Shown here piece after piece: positions 26,941 to 37,610 of a stretch of DNA of 64,000 nt. The translations under genes and the position numbers were made by a program. Numbering within the stretch: the first letter of the stretch is position 1; the number at the start of each line of letters is the position of its first letter. Origin of the DNA: Bacteriovoracaceae bacterium (GTDB taxonomy: Bacteria; Bdellovibrionota; Bacteriovoracia; Bacteriovoracales; Bacteriovoracaceae); NCBI GenBank assembly GCA_048270185.1, contig JBLWTJ010000003.1, forward strand, positions 256,001-320,000. The letters run 5' to 3'. Below the pieces are notes generated by a model. That model was not told the origin of the DNA. It saw only the letters and a program-made list of their open reading frames with translations, and ran no database searches.

Positions 26941-29133
26941 ATGCACAAGAAAGTACAAAAGTATGCGGGCCTATTTCTTGGTCTCATCTTGTTATCAACG
27001 CCACTTGCACTACACGCAGAAAATGGCCTATTTAGTATTAATAAAGATCAAGTTCTTGGGAATCTTTTAATCGATGTTCTTGAGAAACTTCACTATAAGA
27101 AATTAAAAGTAAATGATGATCTATCTAAGAATGCATTCAAAGAATATATTGAAAAAGTAGATTACTCAAAGCAATTCCTTTATCAATCAGACATTAAAAG
27201 TTTAGAAAAGTACAAGACTCTAATGGATGATGAAATGAGATCTGGGGATTATAAATTAGTTCTTGATACGATGAAAATTAGAAAGAAGAGAATTGAAGAA
27301 GCAGAAGCTCTACGAGTAAAGCTTTTTAAAGATAATTTTAATTTTCACACAAACGAAGTGATTGAACTCGATCCTGAAAAGAGAAGCTATCCTAAGGATC
27401 AAGCAGACTTTGAAAAGAAGTGGAGACAAACTTTTAAACAATCTGTAATGGCCCGCTATATATCAATCAAAGAAGATCAAGACTCTCTAAAAAATCCTAA
27501 AAAAGATAAGAAAGAGAAGAAAGAAAAGAAGAATAAAAAATCTGCTAGTGAAAAAATCTTAACGGAAAAAGAAATTGTCGCTAAAGCACATGAGGCCATC
27601 GCTAAGAAATACAAAATTTATTTTGAGAGATTACTTAAGGATACACGTGAAGATTATATGGAGAAATTCTATAATTCAATTGGTGGTGTTTTTGATCCTC
27701 ATACTGCTTACCTTGCACCAAAGAGAAAAGAAGACTTTGATATTGATATGTCTGGTCAACTTGAAGGGATTGGAGCGGTACTTTCAGAAGATGAAGGTTA
27801 TATCAAAGTTGTTGAAATCGTACCTGGTGGAGCAGCTTGGCGTCAGAAGGAACTTGAAGTCGATGATTTAATTCTAGCAGTTAGTGAAGGTGACTCAAAG
27901 AAAGAGCCTGTTGATCTTGTTGGTATGAGAGTAGACGATGCTGTCCGCTATATACGTGGTAAGAAGGGGACAGTTGTTAAGCTTTATGTAAAGAAAGCAG
28001 ACGGTACTCGTAAAACAATTGGTATTACTCGTGATGTTGTAAAGATTGGTGCTTCTTTTGCTAAGTCTTCAGTTCTAGAGCTTAAAGGAGTTAAGGGGAA
28101 GTTTGGTTATATCAATGTACCGAAGTTTTACCGCGAATTTAATGGATCAATTAACTGTACAGACGATGTAAGGGCAGAACTAAAAAGACTGAAAAAACAA
28201 AAAGTTAATGGAGTTATTCTAGACCTTAGAAATAATGGCGGAGGAGCACTAACTGATGCTCAACTTATGTCTGGGCTTTTCATTAAAAAAGGTCCAATCG
28301 TACAAACTAGAAACTATATGAATCAAGTTGAAACTCTTGCAGATGAAGATGGTGACGTTGAATATAATGGGCCTCTTATTGTAATGGTTAATCGCTACTC
28401 AGCATCGGCTTCTGAAATTCTTGCGGCAGCAATGCAAGACTATAAGAGAGCAGTTATCGTTGGTGGAGCTGTAACCCACGGAAAGGGGACTGTTCAGGTT
28501 GTTTATAATCTTGATCAAGGTCTAAACAAAATGCTTGGAGAACAATTTGGTGCTCTAAAGCTTACGATTCAGAAATTCTATCGTATCAATGGTGGTTCAA
28601 CTCAATACAAAGGTGTAACACCAGATATCGTAATTCCTGATCCAATGTCATATGCTGAAAATCGTGAAAAGGATTTAACTTACTCACTTAAATGGGATCA
28701 TATTAAGCCTAAGAAATTTGAAACATGGACAGAACATAAATATGATATGGATAAACTTTTAAAGAACTCTAAGAAGCGTGTTGCTAAAGATGACAGACTT
28801 CAAAAAGTTCAAGAGTCTGTTGATTACCTAATTAAGCGCCGTAAGGATACAAAGCTTTCTCTCAATATCGATAAGTGGATGAAAGAGGAAGAAGCAAATA
28901 AGAAGAAGTTAGAAGAATTAAAACTCGATCAAGAAAATAAAAACCTTATTGTTTCTCACTTTGAGGAGTCACTAAAGTCTCATGAGACAGTGAAGAAAGG
29001 TGAAGACAAGCAGTGGAAAGAGGACTTCAAACAACGTAAGGAAGATTGGGTATCGAAACTTAGAAAAGATGCTGGACTAGAGGAGGCAATTTATATTATG
29101 AATGATATGATTGCTCAAACTAAGAAAAAGTAG
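26941..29133 (+). CDS. prc: Carboxy-terminal processing (tail-specific) protease, S41
   Basis: DPHTAY, GIGAVL PDZ, DLRNNGGG, SASASEI, GKGTVQ and KFYRINGGSTQYKGVTPDI. Confidence 0.93.
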   Translation: MHKKVQKYAGLFLGLILLSTPLALHAENGLFSINKDQVLGNLLIDVLEKLHYKKLKVNDDLSKNAFKEYIEKVDYSKQFLYQSDIKSLEKYKTLMDDEMRSGDYKLVLDTMKIRKKRIEEAEALRVKLFKDNFNFHTNEVIELDPEKRSYPKDQADFEKKWRQTFKQSVMARYISIKEDQDSLKNPKKDKKEKKEKKNKKSASEKILTEKEIVAKAHEAIAKKYKIYFERLLKDTREDYMEKFYNSIGGVFDPHTAYLAPKRKEDFDIDMSGQLEGIGAVLSEDEGYIKVVEIVPGGAAWRQKELEVDDLILAVSEGDSKKEPVDLVGMRVDDAVRYIRGKKGTVVKLYVKKADGTRKTIGITRDVVKIGASFAKSSVLELKGVKGKFGYINVPKFYREFNGSINCTDDVRAELKRLKKQKVNGVILDLRNNGGGALTDAQLMSGLFIKKGPIVQTRNYMNQVETLADEDGDVEYNGPLIVMVNRYSASASEILAAAMQDYKRAVIVGGAVTHGKGTVQVVYNLDQGLNKMLGEQFGALKLTIQKFYRINGGSTQYKGVTPDIVIPDPMSYAENREKDLTYSLKWDHIKPKKFETWTEHKYDMDKLLKNSKKRVAKDDRLQKVQESVDYLIKRRKDTKLSLNIDKWMKEEEANKKKLEELKLDQENKNLIVSHFEESLKSHETVKKGEDKQWKEDFKQRKEDWVSKLRKDAGLEEAIYIMNDMIAQTKKK

Positions 29134-29138
29134 GTTTT

Positions 29139-29384
29139 ATGAATTTTGATAAGTTATTAGATACATCAGATATGGACCGTGTCATGGAAGTTCTTGAGAA
29201 CTTAGATGATGAAGAACTCTCAGTTGAATTATTAAAGAAGTTTAATGATTCAACCAGGAAACTTGGAGAATTATTAATGAATAAAGATCCAAGTCTAAAT
29301 CATGCTCATTGGAAAGTTCAATGCGATGATGCAAGAGTGGCGGTTGAGAAAGTTGTATCTGAGATTCTTTCACATCAGAAATAG
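29139..29384 (+). CDS. Small helical hypothetical protein
   Basis: 81-aa ORF 5 nt downstream of prc, followed by a terminator. Confidence 0.7.
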   Translation: MNFDKLLDTSDMDRVMEVLENLDDEELSVELLKKFNDSTRKLGELLMNKDPSLNHAHWKVQCDDARVAVEKVVSEILSHQK

Positions 29385-29442
29385 TTTTTAAGGTAAATAA
29401 AGCTAAATCTTTGAGTTCATTTGTAAATTTAAAATTATATAG

Positions 29443-29469
29443 GGCCAAGTTTCGACAACTTGGCCTTTT
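29443..29469 (+). terminator. Intrinsic terminator of the prc operon
   Basis: ggccaagtt-tcgac-aacttggcc-tttt. Confidence 0.8.
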
Positions 29470-29599
29470 ACTTTTTATTGTCACAAATTTTGCACACTTA
29501 TAAATACGAGAAAATTGACGAATAATACTTATATGTAAGTCTTTTCTTACTATCCTCACATCAAGTTAGTCTGATGGTTACGTTAGACGGATTGGCCCT

Positions 29600-29624
29600 G
29601 GCCCCCACCGGGGCCTTTCTTTTT
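29600..29624 (+). terminator. Second plus-strand intrinsic terminator
   Basis: ggcccc-cacc-ggggcc-tttcttttt. Confidence 0.7.
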
Positions 29625-29638
29625 GCAAAGGCAACAGC

Positions 29639-30742
29639 TTACTTTGTCATCATAAGATTTCTCATAAAGTCACCTGCACTTCGAACTTCTTTGGCCGCAT
29701 CATCTTCAGTGATATAGCCCCTTTCAAGAAGGTTTACTATGGCCTGATCGAAGCTTTGGCATGCAACACTCTCTGCATTAGTACCACCGTTTTCGATGAT
29801 TGGAATTATTCTCTCAAGTGGTTCATCACCACGAATGCATTCTTTCACACCTGGACCTGTTACCATAATTTCTTGAGCAACTCGTATTCCATTCTTTGAC
29901 TTCTTCGACTTAATTAGGCGTTGTGATATTGTTGCATAGAGTGAATCAGCAAGTCGCTTTCTAACTTCTTTTTGCTCATCTGGTGTAAACATTGAGATGA
30001 TTCGACTGATAGTTGAAATCGCATCAGTTGTGTGGACAGTGGCCAGCACAAGGTGTCCAGTTTCTGCTGCTTTGAGTGCAATCTCTACTGATTTTTGATC
30101 TCTTAATTCTCCAAGTAGAATAATGTCAGGGTCTTGTCTTAGTGCAAATTTAAGTGCATCTTCAAAACTACCTGTATCAATTCCAATCTCTCTTTGGGTT
30201 ACTCTTGATTTCTTCTGTGTGTGGATGAACTCAATAGGATCTTCTAGAGTTATGATATGCTTGGCCTTACGGTCATTAATATAGTCAATCATACTTGCTA
30301 GAGTTGTCGACTTACCTGATCCTGTAGCACCTGTTACAAGAATTAATCCACGCTTAGCTCGAATAATTTGTTTTAGTGCGCTACTGATTCCTAGATCTTT
30401 AAATGAAGGAACTTCTTTTTTTATAATTCTTAGAACAATTCCATTCTTATTACTGAATTTAAAGTAATTATAGCGTAGTCGACAAGTGTCTTCAAAGTCC
30501 ATGGCCCCATCGAGATCTCTAATATCTTCGATCGTTTCATTCACTTCATTTTCACCAATTAACAGTCTCAAAATATCGTGAACACTATCTTTTGTTAAAA
30601 TTTTATTTGATTTAACTGCAACCATCTCCCCATTAATGCGAAAGCATGGTGTTTCATCGGCCCTGATATGTATATCACTTGCATTATTGTCGATAGCAAC
30701 TTGTACTAGTGACTTGAAGTGGGAGAATTCAAATGTCATCAT
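29639..30742 (-). CDS. pilT: PilT/PilU-family type IV pilus retraction ATPase
   Basis: ASDIHI, GATGSGKSTT, EDPIE, LRQDPDIILLGELRD, AAETGHLVLATVH and SQRL. Confidence 0.9.
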   Translation of the reverse strand: MMTFEFSHFKSLVQVAIDNNASDIHIRADETPCFRINGEMVAVKSNKILTKDSVHDILRLLIGENEVNETIEDIRDLDGAMDFEDTCRLRYNYFKFSNKNGIVLRIIKKEVPSFKDLGISSALKQIIRAKRGLILVTGATGSGKSTTLASMIDYINDRKAKHIITLEDPIEFIHTQKKSRVTQREIGIDTGSFEDALKFALRQDPDIILLGELRDQKSVEIALKAAETGHLVLATVHTTDAISTISRIISMFTPDEQKEVRKRLADSLYATISQRLIKSKKSKNGIRVAQEIMVTGPGVKECIRGDEPLERIIPIIENGGTNAESVACQSFDQAIVNLLERGYITEDDAAKEVRSAGDFMRNLMMTK

Positions 30743-30812
30743 CTATCCTTAAGTATTTAATCAACTGTTCGGATACACGGGTGAAAAAGTTTAGTATTTT
30801 ACTAATTTCTCA

Positions 30813-32462
30813 CTACTTACAAGCAAATTCCTTTCTCATTTCCCAAAGTAGGTTACTAATATATGGACGTCTTGCTTCCTTTGTCGTGAGCATGAGCAGC
30901 TTAGTAATTTTTAAATTCTTTGGGTCTGAGTAGAGAAGAATTAGCATTTCTCTGATGAAATTTGTTGATAGGGTAATATAATTGTCCGTTCCAACACCTA
31001 GCTTGACTCCTTTTTTCTCCCACCATGAGAATGGATGGTCTTTAAAGTCTGGAAATACTCCTGTTAGCTTTAGGTTTGAAGATGGTAGGGCCACAAGAGA
31101 GACACTTTTTTGAATGATACGATTTAAGATATCGTGTTGATAGTGTTCAACTTCTCTTGCGTTGTGAAATTTTGATTTTAGAAAGAGAATGCGCTCTTTT
31201 TCTTTTAAAGGTTCACCTTTTAATAATTTCGTTTTAATCTTCTGGGCATCTTGCTCCCATTCCATTTCTTCGATTTCGTAACCCTCTGTCGATTTACTAT
31301 CAATCTTTTGATGTTTCGAATTCATATCTAAAATTCTTTGAAATAATCGATGATAATAATAATTAGGGTTGATACCTAGACTTAATCCATGCTCAAGGGT
31401 ATCGATATGCCAAATATTCATCGCATTATCGACTGATTGAATACCTTTTTTTAGGGTAAGCCATGTTTCACCGTGGTGAGAGCGAATTCGTAGTCCTCGG
31501 TATTGAAGTTTCCTTAGACCGCTCTTTAGTTCCTTAAAATGTGCCTTACGATAAAGGGCCTTCTCATCTCCAACTGTATCAACTTCAACAAGATTCTCTT
31601 TTAGGTACGGGTACTTTTCTAGTATCGCTAGGAGAGCATCAACTTGGTGCTCGAAGTGATCTTTCTTTGTTTTAAAATTATGATCATCAAAGAAGTTAAG
31701 CTCCTTCCTAAAAGAAGGAGAGAGGATAAATTTAAAACACGGAACTTCTTTTTGAAATTTCTTGAACCCTTCATAAAGTCCAAGAACAACATCTTCTTCT
31801 GTTACATCACCAATGCCTGGAATTTGTTCGGCATCCATTTTTGAAGCACGAGATAGGGTAAACTTTAATCTAATACTTCCGACATTATAATTCTCATATA
31901 ATTCTTTTGCCATGTGATAAGCAGCATCAACATGTGCCTTCTTTGAGTTGAGAATTAGTTTAGCGAGAAAGAGGATTCTAAGATAAGTTGAAAATTGCTC
32001 ACCTTCTTTCAAGCGAATAAGATTATCAACGTCTTCTACTGATTTTATGGGAATGGCATCTTCGCCGTAAACGTCAACAATTCTTTGCTCATATACTTTC
32101 TTATTCTTTCCTGTAAGTAGTTTCTTAAGTCTTGGGAAAATGAACTCAGCATTAAGAGAGCCTGTTAGGTGGATATGCTCTTCATAATATGGTAGAGGGA
32201 ATTTCTTAAAGAAATTAAAAACTGCATCTGAAACCGGGTGATTGAGAAGGGTTTCAATATCAACTTCATTTATTTGAAATGATGAAAGTAGTTTCATAAA
32301 TTCGAGGACAGGTTTTTCTAAAAGAGGATTTTCTCGAATACTTTGTGAATGTGAGAGTAATTCAAGGGAGTCATTCAGAGAGATACCATTTGTCTCACTA
32401 ATGATTTTGATAAACTCGGATTCAATCGTTTGAATAATTTGTTCTTTTTTCTTTTGCATCAT
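30813..32462 (-). CDS. Adenosine/AMP-deaminase-like amidohydrolase
   Basis: HIHLTGS, SHHGE, EHG, PSSN and GTDN metal/catalytic motifs. Confidence 0.75.
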   Translation of the reverse strand: MMQKKKEQIIQTIESEFIKIISETNGISLNDSLELLSHSQSIRENPLLEKPVLEFMKLLSSFQINEVDIETLLNHPVSDAVFNFFKKFPLPYYEEHIHLTGSLNAEFIFPRLKKLLTGKNKKVYEQRIVDVYGEDAIPIKSVEDVDNLIRLKEGEQFSTYLRILFLAKLILNSKKAHVDAAYHMAKELYENYNVGSIRLKFTLSRASKMDAEQIPGIGDVTEEDVVLGLYEGFKKFQKEVPCFKFILSPSFRKELNFFDDHNFKTKKDHFEHQVDALLAILEKYPYLKENLVEVDTVGDEKALYRKAHFKELKSGLRKLQYRGLRIRSHHGETWLTLKKGIQSVDNAMNIWHIDTLEHGLSLGINPNYYYHRLFQRILDMNSKHQKIDSKSTEGYEIEEMEWEQDAQKIKTKLLKGEPLKEKERILFLKSKFHNAREVEHYQHDILNRIIQKSVSLVALPSSNLKLTGVFPDFKDHPFSWWEKKGVKLGVGTDNYITLSTNFIREMLILLYSDPKNLKITKLLMLTTKEARRPYISNLLWEMRKEFACK

Positions 32463-32481
32463 CTGCTCTCTTTATCTTAAA

Positions 32482-33423
32482 TTATAGATTCTTATAAACA
32501 TCTTGAACGATATTAAATTGCTCATTAAGCCGGCCATCGATAACACTCGATTTAAATTTATTATGCCATTTATCCGGGTGATATATTTGTACCATTTTTT
32601 TGTACTTCTTTTTTTGTTCACTTTCTTCTTTGTGGTTTTTGAACTCTTGCCTAAGCTCATTCTTATCAATTGGAAAGAGAGGGTAGAGCTCATCATAGCA
32701 TTGATTTAAATTTGAGATTAAACTCTTATACAAACATGCCTTTTTAGTATTAAAAACAACACGACCACTAGTTATATAGTCTTCAAGGAGCTTACTTTTC
32801 TTGTCTCCATTTGAAGATAGACTGCTGTATTCCAAAAGGAGATCCAGCTGCTCACTACTATATAGCTTATGTTTTAAAAGGTCCTTGTGCTCATAGATAA
32901 AACTAGTTGCTGCATATTCAATAAAGGCCTCTTTACTAAGCTTTCCTTTATTTATTTTACTAAGAGCAAGTAGAGATTCTTTATTAAAGAGATTCTTAAT
33001 TAATGGATTAATAAATTGTGCCGCCTCTTTTTCATTGTATGAAAAATTAGCTGATACCATTTTTAGTATCTTTTGAGCTTCAGGGAAGTCTCCCCATTGC
33101 ATTGATGAAATGAGGCCTTGATAGAATTTCTCATCTTCCTCAGATTCAAACATCTTCTTTTCAATAAAATATGAGAGGAATGTTCTTTGTTGTTTTTTTG
33201 ATTCTTTATTTCCAGTGGCGCCAATTACGCCACCGTTTTGTGAAAGTCTTTCAATTTTTCGCTGGACCATTTCGTCGAACTCTCTTTGGCCTATCGACTT
33301 CTTACTTGGACGATTTGGTTTAAAGATACTCTCTAGAATATCTTTAACAATCGGAGCAAACGTATAAATCACGACAATGGCAATAAATGCTAGTGTGATA
33401 TTTGAAATAATTTTTGGTAACAT
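32482..33423 (-). CDS. Membrane-anchored protein with C-terminal J-domain
   Basis: N-terminal TM helix; KKKYKKMVQIYHPDKW...FNIVQDVYKNL. Confidence 0.8.
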   Translation of the reverse strand: MLPKIISNITLAFIAIVVIYTFAPIVKDILESIFKPNRPSKKSIGQREFDEMVQRKIERLSQNGGVIGATGNKESKKQQRTFLSYFIEKKMFESEEDEKFYQGLISSMQWGDFPEAQKILKMVSANFSYNEKEAAQFINPLIKNLFNKESLLALSKINKGKLSKEAFIEYAATSFIYEHKDLLKHKLYSSEQLDLLLEYSSLSSNGDKKSKLLEDYITSGRVVFNTKKACLYKSLISNLNQCYDELYPLFPIDKNELRQEFKNHKEESEQKKKYKKMVQIYHPDKWHNKFKSSVIDGRLNEQFNIVQDVYKNL

Positions 33424-33479
33424 AACTCAATCTTTTTATGAAGTTAACTTACTAATATTTTAAAGCTTTAAGGCACAAT

Positions 33480-34478
33480 ATGGAATGGGCAATAGATACA
33501 CAACTAGTCAATCTAACAAAAACTTGGAAAATTTCTGGTGCGCAAGTTAATGCGAAACAGATTATTTATGTAGTTTTAAGAAATGGTGATTATAAAGGAA
33601 TTGGTGAAATTAGCTATGGCTCTAAAGAAGATATTGATGTGGATGGGCTTAGGCATGAGCTAGAAGTATTTGCCAATGATTATGAATCAAAGGGAATTGT
33701 TCAATATAATGAATTAACACAGTATCTTGATCAGTATTCCTTTGAATACCCGCGCCTAAGACTCGGAATAGAAACAGCATTCCTTGATTATCTTGTTAAT
33801 GCAACAGAGCTTTCCCCATGGAAAATTCTTGGAACAAATACTGTTAGTGGAGTGGATTCTCTTGAGTCTCTTCCTGTATTCGAAACCCTTGAAGAGGGAC
33901 AGAAGTTAGTTGAAGAAGCGCAAACGGAAGGGATTTTAAAGCTTAAAATTACGAAGGAAGCCTTTGAAAAGCAAGTCGAACTAATTACTTCATCTAACCG
34001 CGTCTTTGTTCTTGATGCTAATGAGTCCTATGAAGCTGATCTTGATTTATTACTTAAGCATTTAAGTTTGATAAATGACAAAAACGTTCTCTTTATTGAG
34101 CAACCATTATACAGAAATGAATTTGATCTTTATAAGAAATTAAAAGAAACCTCTCCAATTGATATTTTCCTCGATGAGGGGATTGAGGATCATCGTTTTC
34201 TTGATCCATTTAAAGACCTTTGTCACGGTGTCGTCCTTAAGACCTCAAAGGCCAATGGCCTAATGAAAACCTTTTCACAACTTCAGCAAGCAAAGAAGTT
34301 AGGCCTTAAAACAATGCTTGGATGTATGGTTGAATCTTCTGTTGGAATTGCATCTCTTTTTAATATTGCCTATGGTTTTGATTACTATGATTTTGATGGT
34401 TTTACTAAGCTTGAAGGTGAGGCTAAACCTCGGGTATTATGGGAGAAAGGCAAAGTAATTTTGTCTAATATGAATTAA
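33480..34478 (+). CDS. Enolase-superfamily dipeptide epimerase (L-Ala-D/L-Glu epimerase-like)
   Basis: KLK, DANE, EQP, DE, LK, GCMVES and DFDG. Confidence 0.8.
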   Translation: MEWAIDTQLVNLTKTWKISGAQVNAKQIIYVVLRNGDYKGIGEISYGSKEDIDVDGLRHELEVFANDYESKGIVQYNELTQYLDQYSFEYPRLRLGIETAFLDYLVNATELSPWKILGTNTVSGVDSLESLPVFETLEEGQKLVEEAQTEGILKLKITKEAFEKQVELITSSNRVFVLDANESYEADLDLLLKHLSLINDKNVLFIEQPLYRNEFDLYKKLKETSPIDIFLDEGIEDHRFLDPFKDLCHGVVLKTSKANGLMKTFSQLQQAKKLGLKTMLGCMVESSVGIASLFNIAYGFDYYDFDGFTKLEGEAKPRVLWEKGKVILSNMN

Positions 34479-34554
34479 ATTCCCCCTCGATATATTAGCG
34501 CGTTCATTTAAAATAGTAAGATATGTAAATTGATAAAAAACTCTTGGGAGTCCA

Positions 34555-36036
34555 ATGAAAAAAATTAATATCTTACTACCTCTAATCGTTCTTGTCTCAT
34601 GTGCAAATGTTCAGCCTACAAATAGTGGTTACACTACTGTTGTAGAACAACCTGGACAGCCAAAAGTTATTGTAAAAGAAGTTGTAAAATATAAAACTCA
34701 AAAAATTAAAAGTGTTAAGTCTTACACGATTAATAACATGGATAAATTAGAACTTCACTATCATCAAAAACATTTTGATTTTTGGGTGAAGTACTTCAGT
34801 GAAAAAGAAAGAGATTTATTTCTTCGTTATGTAAATAATGGTGCAAAATTTCGTAATGTGATTGAAGAAATTATGAGGTCACATGGAATCCCTGAGGATT
34901 TATTCTTCGTTGGTTTAATTGAGTCTGGTTATAATACATTTATTAAGTCCAAAGCTGCAGCTGTTGGACCTTGGCAATTTATTAAAGCAACAGGGAAGAG
35001 ATATAAACTAAGAGTTGATAGTTATGTTGATGAAAGAACTCATATCATTAAATCAACAGAAGCAGCTGCACAATATTTTAAAGATCTATATAATATCTTT
35101 GGTTCATGGGAATTAGCACTAGTTGCATACAATAAAGGTGAGTATGGAATTATTCGCGCTATTCGAAAAGGGAAAACTCGTGATTACATGGAACTTGTTA
35201 ATCGCAAACTTATTCCAACTGAAACTATTTACTATGTTCCAAAAGTTGCTGCTGTTAGAGAGATTTATAATAATCCAGACAAGTACGGTATGAAGATAAC
35301 TGAATCAAAGGATTCTCCATTTGAAAAAGTAAAGCAACTAAATGTTAAAGGATCATTTGATATTTACAAATTAGCTCGTAAGCATGGTGTTTCAGTTAAG
35401 ACTCTAAAAGTATTAAATCCAGATATCAAAAGAAGATGGGTTAAAGTAAAAAGACGCCAAACTCAAGACCTTTTCCTACCATCTTCTGGATTCACTGATT
35501 ATGGATCACTTGCTGAGTATGAGACAAGAAAGTATATCAATAAAAGTACAGCAAGTAGTGATAAGAAAGCTTCTGGTTACTATCGTGTAAGAAGAGGTGA
35601 TAATTTATCTGTTATCGCAGATAGACTTGGAGTTAATGTTTCAGATTTAAAACGTATTAATGGAATACGTGGTTCAAAAATTCTTGTTGGACAAAAACTT
35701 AAGTATCGCACAAGTGGAAGTGTTGTACACTACCGAGTTAAAAGAGGTGATAACCTAACTGAAATTGCTAGACGCTATAAAGTTTCTGTTTCCCAACTCA
35801 AGTCAATGAATAATTTAAGAAGTAATAGAATCTATATTGGTCAAAAGATTAAAGTTGTTACTGACCGTGCTCCTTCTAGCATTGCTTTTAAAAAGTACCG
35901 TGTTAGAAGAGGGGATAACCTAACTGCTATTGCTAGACGTTTTAATACATCGATTGGACAAATTAAAACTGTAAATAGTATCCGTGGAAGTGCTCTTTAT
36001 GCTGGTCAGGTTATTAAAATCCCTGGAGAGAGTTAG
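34555..36036 (+). CDS. mltD: MltD-like lytic transglycosylase lipoprotein with three C-terminal LysM domains
   Basis: Lipobox VSC, IESG, AVGPWQF, AYNKG, ETIYYV and three YRV[RK]RGDNL LysM repeats. Confidence 0.9.
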   Translation: MKKINILLPLIVLVSCANVQPTNSGYTTVVEQPGQPKVIVKEVVKYKTQKIKSVKSYTINNMDKLELHYHQKHFDFWVKYFSEKERDLFLRYVNNGAKFRNVIEEIMRSHGIPEDLFFVGLIESGYNTFIKSKAAAVGPWQFIKATGKRYKLRVDSYVDERTHIIKSTEAAAQYFKDLYNIFGSWELALVAYNKGEYGIIRAIRKGKTRDYMELVNRKLIPTETIYYVPKVAAVREIYNNPDKYGMKITESKDSPFEKVKQLNVKGSFDIYKLARKHGVSVKTLKVLNPDIKRRWVKVKRRQTQDLFLPSSGFTDYGSLAEYETRKYINKSTASSDKKASGYYRVRRGDNLSVIADRLGVNVSDLKRINGIRGSKILVGQKLKYRTSGSVVHYRVKRGDNLTEIARRYKVSVSQLKSMNNLRSNRIYIGQKIKVVTDRAPSSIAFKKYRVRRGDNLTAIARRFNTSIGQIKTVNSIRGSALYAGQVIKIPGES

Positions 36037-36080
36037 ACAATTTAATTGTCAATACTCTCTAAGGCCTCTATACTACAAAG

Positions 36081-37211
36081 ATGAAAATTGGTTTTGATGC
36101 TAAACGTGCATTTCATAATTTTAGAGGCCTTGGTAATTACTCAAGAGACTTAATCGCAAGCTTAAGTCGTTATCATACAGATAATTCATACTACCTTTTT
36201 ACACCTGATTATAATGACCCTAGGGCCCTTAATTGGCTAGATCAATACCAAAACCTAAATACAATAACTCCAAGTGATTTCTGGTCTAAGAAATTTCCTG
36301 CTGCATGGCGATCTTTTAAGGTTGCTGAAGAAGCAAAGGATTTAGGCATTGATATTTTTCATGGCCTTAGTCATGAGTTACCACATGGAATTGAAAAGAC
36401 TGGAATAAAAACAGTAGTTACAATTCATGATCTTCTCTTTTTAAGATTTCCCGAAAACTTTAAATGGTTAGATCGTAAGGTTTATTTACGTAAGATAAAA
36501 TACGCCGTAGAAGTTGCCGATGTTGTTGTCGCTATATGTGAACAGACAAAAAGGGATTTAATTGAATTTCTCGGTTGTGATCCAGCAAAAGTTCGAGTCG
36601 TTTATCAAACATGTAATCCTCGTTTTTACTCACCAATTCCAATTGAAAAACAAGTTTCAACTGTTGAAAGATATGGCATACATGGAAGCTTTATTCTAAG
36701 TGTAGGTGCCATTGAACCAAATAAGAACACTCTCACTCTAGTTAAGGCCTACGCTGATATTAAGAAGTCAATTAACCACAAGCTAGTTTTAATTGGTAAC
36801 GGTGGAAAGTACAAGAAAGAGGTTGAAAGCTATATTCATTCAAAAGGCCTTGAGGACCGAGTGATTATCCTTTCAAACGTAACAAATGACGACCTACCTG
36901 CATTCTATCAAAGAGCAGATTTATTTTGTTTCCCTTCTTTCTTTGAAGGATTTGGGATTCCTATAATTGAAGCACTATTTTCAAAGACACCAGTAATAAC
37001 TTCAAAGGGCTCAGTTTTCCCTGAATCGGGTGGACCAAATACAATTTATATTGATCCAAATAATAAGTCAGAACTTGCTGATCAAATCGTCAACGTTCTA
37101 ACAAATCATGATATTTCTTTTGAGATGATTGAAATGGGCCGTAACTTTGTTGAAAAATTTCATCGTCGTCAAACGGCCCAAGATTTAATGAATCTTTATA
37201 ATAGTCTTTAA
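36081..37211 (+). CDS. GT4-family glycosyltransferase
   Basis: TIHDL, VGAIEPNKN and PSFFEGFGIPIIEA. Confidence 0.92.
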   Translation: MKIGFDAKRAFHNFRGLGNYSRDLIASLSRYHTDNSYYLFTPDYNDPRALNWLDQYQNLNTITPSDFWSKKFPAAWRSFKVAEEAKDLGIDIFHGLSHELPHGIEKTGIKTVVTIHDLLFLRFPENFKWLDRKVYLRKIKYAVEVADVVVAICEQTKRDLIEFLGCDPAKVRVVYQTCNPRFYSPIPIEKQVSTVERYGIHGSFILSVGAIEPNKNTLTLVKAYADIKKSINHKLVLIGNGGKYKKEVESYIHSKGLEDRVIILSNVTNDDLPAFYQRADLFCFPSFFEGFGIPIIEALFSKTPVITSKGSVFPESGGPNTIYIDPNNKSELADQIVNVLTNHDISFEMIEMGRNFVEKFHRRQTAQDLMNLYNSL

Positions 37212-37610
37212 TTACTTTTCAGTGATTAGAGATAAATTCGTTAAGCTATATTTCTTCAAAACATCAAGAATTCTAACTAAACGTGAATATTGTACTTCTT
37301 GATCAACTCTCAGATCAATTGGTTTATTCTTGTCTTTAATTGCTGCCAATTTTGCATCAAGCTGATCGAGAGTAAATTTCTCTCCAGCAATAGCAACTTC
37401 TTCTTTTGATAATTCAATAATGAGAACCTTCGAGTTCTCTGAAGCTTTCTCTCCTGATTCTGTTTTTGGTAGATTTAACAGGAGTGCAAGCTCAGACTTT
37501 TTAAAGACTGTTGAAGTCATAAAAAAGATCAATAAGAGAAAGACAACGTCAATTAAAGGAGTGATATCTGCGCTTAATTCTTGTCTTGTTCTTTTACCGC
37601 GTGAACTCAT
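37212..37610 (-). CDS. exbD: ExbD/TolR biopolymer transport protein
   Basis: ITPLIDVVFLLLIFFM. Confidence 0.92.
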   Translation of the reverse strand: MSSRGKRTRQELSADITPLIDVVFLLLIFFMTSTVFKKSELALLLNLPKTESGEKASENSKVLIIELSKEEVAIAGEKFTLDQLDAKLAAIKDKNKPIDLRVDQEVQYSRLVRILDVLKKYSLTNLSLITEK

